From sequence record NC_028999.1: DNA of 64,000 bases; one strand, written 5' to 3'. Numbering within the stretch: position 1 is the stretch's first letter; the number at the start of each line of letters is the position of its first letter. The notes below the pieces were generated by a model. That model made no database searches. It saw nothing but the letters and a program-made list of their open reading frames with translations, and was not told the DNA's origin. Positions 10,020 to 18,113 of this stretch are shown here, in pieces. Both the position numbers and the translations under genes were made by a program.

Positions 10020-10273
10020 CGACATAAAGCCCTCCCCAAAGGGAGGGCCATTATGCTGTCTAGAAGTAACGATCGGTCGTCATGAGTAAATTCAATATTC
10101 ATATTAAGAATCTTAGAGACATCATCACTTAATGATCTAAAATTATTAATATCTATTTTTTGATTATCTAGTTTATCCCGAATTTTTATTAGATGTTCTT
10201 CTATCAATGGACCTAAGTCCCGCTTGACATTAACATCCAATACCTCATTAGAGATTTTTATCGTATGTGGCAT
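9920..10273 (-). CDS. AT-rich hypothetical protein, possibly a remnant
   Basis: The first ~70 aa look protein-like; the frame then runs through the terminator into the opposite gene. Confidence 0.4.
   Translation of the reverse strand: MPHTIKISNEVLDVNVKRDLGPLIEEHLIKIRDKLDNQKIDINNFRSLSDDVSKILNMNIEFTHDDRSLLLDSIMALPLGRALCRYAILPTSSKHGLHPMCVPVLPDALKSSLLIVV
10021..10060. terminator. stem-loop terminator (possibly bidirectional)
   Basis: GACATAAA-GCCCTCCC-CAAA-GGGAGGGC-CATTATGC. Confidence 0.75.
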
Positions 10274-10374
10274 TTTATATCTCTACTAGTATTAATTTGC
10301 AATCATAAAGATATGGCTGTGTTGTATAGAATTCAATCTTACGCATGACGTATTATAAAAGAGAGGCACACAAA

Positions 10375-11889
10375 ATGTTTGAATTATTGTTGTCTTCTGG
10401 ACTAACAAATACCCCTATATATGCTGATCCTTATCCAGGTCCTAAAACACTAATAGCCGGAACAAGGGAATTGGGTTTATATGGTGAAACGTCGTCATCT
10501 GAATTATTTGGATATGACGATGCTGCTAAATTAGTTAATATGACATTTGGTACAGTTATTAATGAAGGGCAACCATGGTTAAAATTTTCCAATAACCATA
10601 TTACCTGCTACATTCCAAAAATGCCTGTACGTAAATCTATACAGAAATCACGTCTAAATAGTGCTGGTTTACGTAATGGTGATTATGAAGTTAGATTTAT
10701 GGGTAATATCTATAAATTTGGTTTATTAACAATGGTTGGTGCCGCATCTGAATGGCAAAGGTTATTATACAATGTCCATGTGTCTAATCTTAACGGAGCA
10801 AACTGGCCATATAAATTTACTGATAATGAATTAGGTATAAACCAAGCTGTTGCTGGTGGTATAAGTACTGATGGTACAACTAACTGGGGAAGAGATGCGG
10901 GTGCTAACCCATCTATTGACCAAATATATCGCGGCTATTATGCAATTGATGTAACTAGTGCATCTAGTAGTGAAACTGGTGCTGTTACGCAAGGATGGCG
11001 TCCAGTTATTTATGCAAGTGGCACGTATCCATTTGTTAAGAACAATGTTATTAAAATTGCTAATTTTGAAACAGATACCGAAATGGTAGCAGGTGCACAG
11101 ATTGGTAATTTGGTTTATTACTATGGCGGCAAAAATACAGCTAACTCTAACTTACGTATTTTAAATTTAGATACAGGTAAGTTAACAGTATTACAACCTA
11201 ATGGAACCCCTATAGCTGTTAAGCAATGTTCGGCAACAGCATTTAATGGGAAAGTATATTTTTATGGTGGCGAAAGTTCTACCGCTAATGTACTTACTAA
11301 AGACATGCAGTGTTATGACCCAGCTACTAATACATGGGAAATAAAATCACCAGGTACTATCACATGTCGTTATGCACGCTCCACTAGTCTTAACGGTTTA
11401 ATTTATATAATGGGTGCTGCCGATAATAATGCTACTAGTAATCGTGGATTCACATTGATTTATAATCCAGTTACTGATGCATATACCAGTGGAACACCAT
11501 TTAATGATACCGGTACTTATACACAAGACTATTCAGTAGGTGTGTATAATAATAGTGTATGTGTTATAGGTGGTATGGTTGGGACTGGTGTCAACACTGG
11601 CATTATCTCTTATAATCAGACTAACAATAATTGGTCTAAACCAATAACCACGGGTATACCTCTTGGTTCAGCAATTAATATACGACCAACTGGTGAACTG
11701 TATGTGATTGCAGGTGAGAACCAAAATAATGCACCAATTAAGTATTATGAGCCACGTTTATCACGTTGGATAAATTTAGGTAGTTTAGAAAATGGTCTGA
11801 TAGATTCTGGTTTTGCTAATACGTTTAATAACGCTGGTAAGTTATATGTTCTAAATGGTAATCAAGATTCAAAATACCAAGTTAGTTAA
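10375..11889 (+). CDS. AT-rich virion structural paralog with Kelch propeller
   Basis: MFELLL start, PGPKTLIAG, WLKF, EWQRLLY, GWRP; Kelch repeats (YYYGG, YFYGG, VIGG). Confidence 0.8.
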   Translation: MFELLLSSGLTNTPIYADPYPGPKTLIAGTRELGLYGETSSSELFGYDDAAKLVNMTFGTVINEGQPWLKFSNNHITCYIPKMPVRKSIQKSRLNSAGLRNGDYEVRFMGNIYKFGLLTMVGAASEWQRLLYNVHVSNLNGANWPYKFTDNELGINQAVAGGISTDGTTNWGRDAGANPSIDQIYRGYYAIDVTSASSSETGAVTQGWRPVIYASGTYPFVKNNVIKIANFETDTEMVAGAQIGNLVYYYGGKNTANSNLRILNLDTGKLTVLQPNGTPIAVKQCSATAFNGKVYFYGGESSTANVLTKDMQCYDPATNTWEIKSPGTITCRYARSTSLNGLIYIMGAADNNATSNRGFTLIYNPVTDAYTSGTPFNDTGTYTQDYSVGVYNNSVCVIGGMVGTGVNTGIISYNQTNNNWSKPITTGIPLGSAINIRPTGELYVIAGENQNNAPIKYYEPRLSRWINLGSLENGLIDSGFANTFNNAGKLYVLNGNQDSKYQVS

Positions 11890-11893
11890 CGAA

Positions 11894-11926
11894 ATAAACC
11901 CTCCCATTATGGGAGGGTTTTATGTC
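11894..11926. terminator. bidirectional terminator between convergent genes
   Basis: AAACCCTCCC-ATTAT-GGGAGGGTTT. Confidence 0.75.
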
Positions 11927-11936
11927 AATGATTATT

Positions 11937-12305
11937 TTAGTAACCCTCATTCAACAGATCGGATAATGCTCTAGCTTGAGAAATATCAGTGGAAGCAAAT
12001 ACGTCAGAAAGATAATAATCATGATCTTTTGCATTCTGACGTAATTCATTCATTAGTTGTTTATTGGATACAGCCCAAATTCTCCATAAGTCTTTATAGT
12101 CCTCATACTTAGGATTATACCCATCTAATGGAGGTTTACCTTTCCCTGCTTTCCAATTATTGGAATGTATTCTGTATCCTTTACAGTCTAATTGCCAAGC
12201 TTCCTCAATCGTTCGTCCATCCGGTAGCCGAGCAAACAGGGCAGAGAATCGTTTGTCGCCAACGGAGGAACATTCGTATCCTCCGCGACGCTTCCACCGA
12301 TACAT
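11937..12305 (-). CDS. NADAR-like (DarG1-type) ADP-ribosylhydrolase, putative
   Basis: ECSS..FSAL..TIEEAWQ..K and LSDVFASTDISQARA parallel the DarG1 motifs EISS..LSAFN..TVESAFQ and FTDIEF..SINCQARA. Confidence 0.65.
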   Translation of the reverse strand: MYRWKRRGGYECSSVGDKRFSALFARLPDGRTIEEAWQLDCKGYRIHSNNWKAGKGKPPLDGYNPKYEDYKDLWRIWAVSNKQLMNELRQNAKDHDYYLSDVFASTDISQARALSDLLNEGY

Positions 12306-12541
12306 TACTTTGGGGGTTGAGTTTCCTTGTGTTTTAGGTAAGCTGCCAGCATGTTATCCAGTTTGGCACCTTTCATGATCTTCTGTGCAATTTCGATACC
12401 GTTGACTCGACCCCCTGTCAGGTTCACACCCACTTCACGACGATCATGTTCAGAGATGTCTTTCATTGCCGAGAACTCCATGACGGTAGTCTCACGAGCA
12501 ATGTTCAGAATCTGACTCACGTTCGGATACGTACTTACAAT
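12305..12541 (-). CDS. polB: split family-B DNA polymerase (phiKZ gp82-like), exon 2
   Basis: Begins IVSTYPNVSQILNIARETT; joined to exon 1 it gives motif A DLDIVSTYPN. Confidence 0.85.
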   Translation of the reverse strand: MVSTYPNVSQILNIARETTVMEFSAMKDISEHDRREVGVNLTGGRVNGIEIAQKIMKGAKLDNMLAAYLKHKETQPPK

Positions 12542-12885
12542 CCATACCTTCGATAGAGTTCGTTATGCTCTACCCGCGTTTACACGCTGCTCCAGGCTTT
12601 CCCTGGATGTGGAGACTATATCACCATCCTTCTCTTTCGAGGATCGGATGCTTCCTATTTCCACCCACTTGGATGTACTCCCTTACGGGATAGTCGTTGA
12701 ACGTTCTTCTCAGAGAGAAGCTTCGCTGCGGATTGCCCAATACATGTGTCTTTTACCATACCCAGTGAGTTAGACTGGCCATCTAGTATATCGCTATCTA
12801 GACTTGGTGCACATGTCTCTAAGGATTTCCCCGTCAATTAAAGAAGTTTGCATCAAGTGTTCCAACTTGATGGGACTAATATTTA
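12542..12885 (-). ncRNA. group I intron (IA2-like), ORF-less, 344 nt
   Basis: U|UAA 5' splice site with P1 U.G pair; Q AAUCCGCAGC, R GUUCAACGACUA, S GAUAUAGUC; P7.1/P7.2 helices; terminal G; splicing restores the reading frame. Confidence 0.9.
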
Positions 12886-14709
12886 ATCCAGATCAGCCAC
12901 GTGCGTAAACAAAAGTGTGTTGTAGTCGGGTAAGTCTTTGACACACTTCAGTCCGTTGGGTCCAGCCATGTACGAAGGCAGGGTAACGATCCAGGAATCG
13001 TGGCCAACAACATAGCTATCAAGATCATGAACCATCTGATCAGAGCTTGAACCAATTACACAGGGTTCAGGCCGCTTGAGATACCAGAAGTGCATGTCGT
13101 CGCACAGACGTTTCGGGTTAGAACTAAAGTTCTTGTAGTCCGAAGATTTCGAGAACAGAGTAATAGACGAAGCCAGGTCATTAATCTTTTCATCGAGTTG
13201 TTCCAGTCGAATGGAGTCGATGATGTTGTAAAGACCGTACCGGACTTTGTGGTTCTTCTGCATCTCAATGTGCCATTCGATACCTCCCAAGTAGTCAGTT
13301 TCAGCGAACTTCAGTTTACCAAAGTTCAGGCGCATCCCCACACCAAACCCAGGATGTACGTTGACACCCCAGACCAGCGAATCAACTTCTTCCCAGTGTT
13401 CTTCTCGTTCGACCTTTTCCTCACGGCGGTACTCGACTTGAACCCTCGGATCTTCCGGATCAATACCTTCTTGTAGCAGCTTCTCCTGAGCTGCGGTATA
13501 AACAGGGACATCGTTGTACGTGACGTCTACCTTATCCTTGCTCGGATCGTTGACCGACCAATATGGGTGGGCACCACTACGTTCAGCGATGGCTTTACCC
13601 ATCTTCTTCATCCAGCTGTTGAATTCCTCTTCAGTCTGAACAGTTTCCTGTTCATCCATGGAGAGTTCTTTCTTCAGGATGGCATCGAGGGCATAACTGG
13701 ATTCTTTACCTTTGGCCAATCGAGTTACACGATACGTGGCCATGGAGTCAATGCACTGGAACGACGCAGGTGCAGTAATCCAATGCCATTGGTCTTCTGG
13801 ACCTTTGGACTTGGTTACACCCGATGCCGTAGTGGTCATCGCTTGGTCTTGACGGTAATGGAAATACCGATAGTTCGGAGGAACTTGAGGATCACTGAAT
13901 ACGTTCTTCGGGTCAATGCCGTAGTTTTCCAGTGTGGTCAAGATTCGACTCATGTCGAAGTCGATATTCCAGAACGCGAAGAAGTCAGGCTTCCACTTGT
14001 GCAAACGACGCATGCAGTTGATGATGATATCAGCAGGCGAATTTACTACCTCAATTTCAATATTGAGATTACGTGCTTTTTTCAGAGTCACCAATTCTGG
14101 AATGCGTTCTAATTCGGCGAAGGTTTCGGCAACTGGGTCATCCAGATCTTTCACCCAATGCTTCAGATATGCCAGATACACGTTTTCCTTGTGTGTAACC
14201 GACATGCAGATAATCTGTCCCTCGTTCTCTTCTTCGTACACGTTGGTCTCGATGTCGCCACCGGCTACCGTGTTACGGGAAATAAGTTCCGGGTATTGCT
14301 CCCGGTAGTCGTTTTTGAGACAGCAGACTGAGCTTACGTCCGAACCGTACAGATAAGGGCTACGGCTCAATTGGCGCATACGTGGGTTAGGACCCATTGA
14401 GTAATCGCCTAACAACTTAGCGATCATACGTGGCATCTCCAGTTGAGTACAGGTGTACTTCTGGAGGTTACGTTCAAATTCGTAATCTTTCTTTTCTTTA
14501 TGATTTTGTCTTCCCTTCTGTGTAATCCAGAAGGGACGTTTGTAGTCTTCAACGACCCGAATACGTGGGATACGACGTTTGTCTTTAAGGTGAATGATTT
14601 CTTTGACTACGTGTGCATCATGCCTACGGCCAGTTTGGTCAGTCACATAAGTGATGTGTTTGGCTTCAATACCAACAACATCTTCTTTTGTAAATTGTAG
14701 GTCGGACAT
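12886..14709 (-). CDS. polB: split family-B DNA polymerase, 3'-5' exonuclease part (phiKZ gp82-like), exon 1
   Basis: ExoI DIET, ExoII WNIDFD, ExoIII YNIIDS; ends HVADLD at the intron; spliced product about 686 aa. Confidence 0.88.
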
Positions 14710-14821
14710 CGAAAACAGCCCCTTTGTTTCGATTTAAAAACACGTATTATGGTGAAGCTAAGTATAAGCTCCCAATCCCAATCTTTATGATTACAATACC
14801 CACATGTCAAGGATGTTCTAG

Positions 14822-16066
14822 ATGAACATGAAACCCACTCTTTCCATGGAAATGCTTGCCATGGGAGCGAAGTCCAAGATCGGTGAGATCACTGAGGACT
14901 TCATTATTAAAGTCCGTGAGAAAGAACGCCTCGGTGTCCGTGTCGACGTCGATACGTTGAAGAAATACTGTGAGGACTTGAAGGCTGAAACTGGGATCAC
15001 TTATAGTTTCAAGCTTATCCTTTCGGATATCCCTGATGCAGGCGTGTACCACAAGGTTATCTTCATGGGTCACGCGGGTACTTGGTACTACACTGACCCC
15101 ATCAACAAAGTCACTGCTACTAGCAAGACTGCCATCGACATGGTCACTGAAATCGACCTGAAAAATGTCAAGGTTAAAGGTGGTGCCGCAGATGATTTGA
15201 TCTTCGAGTTCAACGTCTCCATGGGTATCTTGGGTGAGAAGCTAGGTTTCACTGTGCGTGAAGCTGCCGCTGTCATGATTCACGAAATTGGCCACACGTT
15301 TAACACGTTCATGTACATGGGTGACTACGTTTGGTTGAACTATTACCTGACTGATGGGATCGAGATCCTGCAAGGTAAGAAGGTCAACAAATACAAGTTA
15401 CAGATTCTGGATGAAACCTGGCTACTGGAAAATATTCCTGAAGCCATGCGTGAAGAATTCGTGAACGGTCGCAACGACGACGCCACTGTCCGTAAAGCTA
15501 TTCTATCTGCTTGGAAGAAAGCACCCCGTCACCATCTGACCAACAACCCCACCACGGCTATGCGTCGTGAAGAACAAATGGCTGATATGTTTGCCAGTCG
15601 TCTGGGTTATGGCCGTGATCTGGTTACAGGCCTGCACAAGATGGACAGGTTCTTCGGTGTTACTGGTACCAACTTCTGGCTGGGTCAGACCATCTCCCTG
15701 CTGTTTATGATTACATTTGCTCCACTCACTGCTTTGGCAATCTTGTACGCTGATTCTCCCGATGAGTACAACTTCGCTGCCCGTTACGACAACCCGCTCG
15801 AACGGTTTACCAAGATGCGCCGGGATATCATCGCACAAATGAAACGTGGCGCTTATCCGAAAGCGGAAGTTGAGCGTGATGTTAAAGCGATTGACGAATG
15901 TCTTAAAGACTATTCAAAGAACCGTAGTGTTTTCACAGCTCTGTTAGAATTCTTCCGTCCCCAATTGCGTCGTGAAGCTCAGTATACTCGACATGAGGAA
16001 AACTTAGAAGCTCTCGCGAACAATGATCTGTTCCTTCAAGCCTTCCGCCTCCAATCTAAGGTATAA
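14822..16066 (+). CDS. virion protein with M48-like zinc metallopeptidase motifs
   Basis: HEIGH, EEQMADMFA, RYDNPLERF; hydrophobic segment FWLGQTISLLFMITFAPLTALAILY. Confidence 0.7.
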   Translation: MNMKPTLSMEMLAMGAKSKIGEITEDFIIKVREKERLGVRVDVDTLKKYCEDLKAETGITYSFKLILSDIPDAGVYHKVIFMGHAGTWYYTDPINKVTATSKTAIDMVTEIDLKNVKVKGGAADDLIFEFNVSMGILGEKLGFTVREAAAVMIHEIGHTFNTFMYMGDYVWLNYYLTDGIEILQGKKVNKYKLQILDETWLLENIPEAMREEFVNGRNDDATVRKAILSAWKKAPRHHLTNNPTTAMRREEQMADMFASRLGYGRDLVTGLHKMDRFFGVTGTNFWLGQTISLLFMITFAPLTALAILYADSPDEYNFAARYDNPLERFTKMRRDIIAQMKRGAYPKAEVERDVKAIDECLKDYSKNRSVFTALLEFFRPQLRREAQYTRHEENLEALANNDLFLQAFRLQSKV

Positions 16067-16070
16067 TACC

Positions 16071-16514
16071 ATGCGTCTTGGTTACGAAATCTCCCGACAT
16101 ATCAAAGAACTGAAGTCCCCGACCAACAACGAACGTCAATTGCGCGCTATGATGCTGGCTAATGCCATTGCATTTTACGTGCCGTTTGATCCAAGTCTGT
16201 CTGTAGAACAATTGATCGATACTCACCTACCGACTCTTCGTAAGGTGGTAGGTCAAGTTAACGAAAATATTACCGTGGATTCCAAGCTTGCTCAAGAACT
16301 CTTCAAGCAAGCCATCCGTATCCGCTTCGCTCTGCTTCACGGCGCCGCAGATCCAGCTGTCATCCTAATGGCCATGAAATCCGAAACTGCTGACAGTTTC
16401 CAGACTCCCGATGAAACAGCTGCTGCTGCACTACTGACTTCACGCCTGGACTTTGTTCGCGCACAAAATGGAATCGCTGAAGCTCTGCGTAATCTGGAGA
16501 CTGACGCTCAGTAA
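16071..16514 (+). CDS. hypothetical, probably virion protein
   Basis: Start MRLGYEISR; lies in the structural operon. Confidence 0.75.
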   Translation: MRLGYEISRHIKELKSPTNNERQLRAMMLANAIAFYVPFDPSLSVEQLIDTHLPTLRKVVGQVNENITVDSKLAQELFKQAIRIRFALLHGAADPAVILMAMKSETADSFQTPDETAAAALLTSRLDFVRAQNGIAEALRNLETDAQ

Positions 16515-16529
16515 TACGAGGATGGTTGT

Positions 16530-16841
16530 ATGACCAACCAAACCGAACGGATAGAATTGATCTATCCGCGTATCACAAAGTCTTACGCTAGATCTTTAAT
16601 CATCGAAGAGAAAATTATCTCCGATGAGGATATGTTAGTTACAGTTTGCATCGTTAAACTCAAGAATGGACATCGGATTGTAACCGATGCCATTGTGGCT
16701 AATAAAGCAGCGTTTGATTCGAAGCGTGGTGTGATTGTAGCTAGACGCAAAGCGATCGAGGAGATTATTCGTCTTGAACTATATTTACTACGCCAGAAAA
16801 AATATGAGCGTTCATTAGAAGGTGATACTGATGCAAACTGA
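16530..16841 (+). CDS. Gp49-family / Tad1-like protein
   Basis: VTVCIVKLKNGHRIV...FDSKRG..ARRKA..LELYLLRQKKY matches the N4 Gp49/Sf6 gp66 pattern. Confidence 0.7.
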   Translation: MTNQTERIELIYPRITKSYARSLIIEEKIISDEDMLVTVCIVKLKNGHRIVTDAIVANKAAFDSKRGVIVARRKAIEEIIRLELYLLRQKKYERSLEGDTDAN

Positions 16842-18072
16842 AGAAGAAATCCTTGAGTCTAAGTCGCATGTATTGGACGAAGCTTTGGATGAAGCGGTAA
16901 TCCCGCCGCAAGATATTAAAGTTGACGAAGAAGTGGCACGTCAACTACAAGTCGCCACAGAGCAGATTGGTGTTCTGACCGATCTGTATCACACCATCAA
17001 TGAAGAGGGTGTTTCTCAAGCTGACATCGATGCTCTTAAAGGTGTACGATCTAGTCTTGAGCAACATAATCTTCCATTACCGGCCATTGGTTTGGAAAAC
17101 TACGATGGTTTGTTTACGCCGATGCGGACTTCGGTTAACCTGAAAGTTTCTAACGAATCTATCCTGAAATCCATCACGGATACAATCAAGGAATGGTTCT
17201 ACAAACTGATTGATTGGGTAGCAAAAGTTCTGCAATGGTTCAAAGCACGGAAGTATTCCGATACGCAGATCATGCAGAAGGTCGATAAAGCACAATCCAA
17301 GCTTGATCTGGCCCGTGGATTGTTTGTGGGGATTGTTGCAGCCAACACACTCTCTACCCGTGATCTCCAACCGCAGTACGATGCACTGGCAGGAGAACTG
17401 CTGACTAATGTGCAACTACCGAAGAACGCCATGACATTGGTAGCTTTCGGTAATGGTGAGTACTCCATGGAACTTCGTCGGAAACTGGACAAAGCACAGG
17501 ATCTGTCAAAGAACCTGCTAACCGAGGTCAGTGAACTGCGAGATTTCGTACTGGGGAAATCGCAAGATCTAAACTTCTCCACAGGAACGGGTGATCAACT
17601 GGTTGCTCTGGCTAAAGACATCGCGGACTTTAATACAGAATCAGATGACCCAAACTTCTTCCTCAAGGACAAGGATCTGGGTAACCGTTTCTATGAAAAC
17701 ATCCGGATGATCAAACAACGGCGCACATTCTCTATTGAATTCATCTATAGTACTTACGCTAAAGTTGCTGATGAACTACGTAAAGTGCGTCGCTTTGAAC
17801 TGAAAGATAGTCAGATTCCAGCAGAATATTTCCAAGCCGCTTTCGAGAGTATTCATAAAGCTCTCATTGCGCTGCGTGAAATCATTGATGCATACTACAG
17901 GCTTTCTATTACACAATGGAAAGCCACAGCAACATTCATCAACTTCTATCTGCGAGCTTACGAAATCACTCGTAAAGACCGGATGGATAACCTGGTAGAT
18001 GATGTTGCCCGTGTAACGATCGAGAAACTGAACAAAGGTGTTGATGAACTCAAAGCCTCGCTCGGTATCTGA
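16831..18072 (+). CDS. internal head protein with protease-cleaved propeptide
   Basis: Acidic N-terminus, GLE and SNE sites ([S/A/G]xE consensus), then SILKSITDTIKEWFYKLIDW. Confidence 0.7.
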   Translation: MQTEEEILESKSHVLDEALDEAVIPPQDIKVDEEVARQLQVATEQIGVLTDLYHTINEEGVSQADIDALKGVRSSLEQHNLPLPAIGLENYDGLFTPMRTSVNLKVSNESILKSITDTIKEWFYKLIDWVAKVLQWFKARKYSDTQIMQKVDKAQSKLDLARGLFVGIVAANTLSTRDLQPQYDALAGELLTNVQLPKNAMTLVAFGNGEYSMELRRKLDKAQDLSKNLLTEVSELRDFVLGKSQDLNFSTGTGDQLVALAKDIADFNTESDDPNFFLKDKDLGNRFYENIRMIKQRRTFSIEFIYSTYAKVADELRKVRRFELKDSQIPAEYFQAAFESIHKALIALREIIDAYYRLSITQWKATATFINFYLRAYEITRKDRMDNLVDDVARVTIEKLNKGVDELKASLGI

Positions 18073-18073
18073 C

Positions 18074-18113
18074 GACATATTGCCCGCCCCGAAAGGAGCG
18101 GGCTTTATGCTGT
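18074..18113. terminator. bidirectional terminator
   Basis: GCCCGCCCC-GAAA-GGAGCGGGC-TTTATGC between convergent genes. Confidence 0.75.

Noticed and set aside
12305-12520. Stand-alone 71-aa gene
   Set aside because: It is polB exon 2, extending upstream to 12541
12655-12837. 60-aa ORF (MTGKSL...)
   Set aside because: Same artefact in the polB intron; it also contains GQSAAKLL
13321-13662. Intein in polB
   Set aside because: No C-terminal His-Asn followed by Cys/Ser/Thr, and no block A or B motifs
14804-14821. In-frame MSRMF-TAG before the metallopeptidase gene (possible amber recoding)
   Set aside because: Only five codons, and they contain the AAGGA RBS for ATG 14822; TAG, TGA and TAA all terminate genes normally in this window
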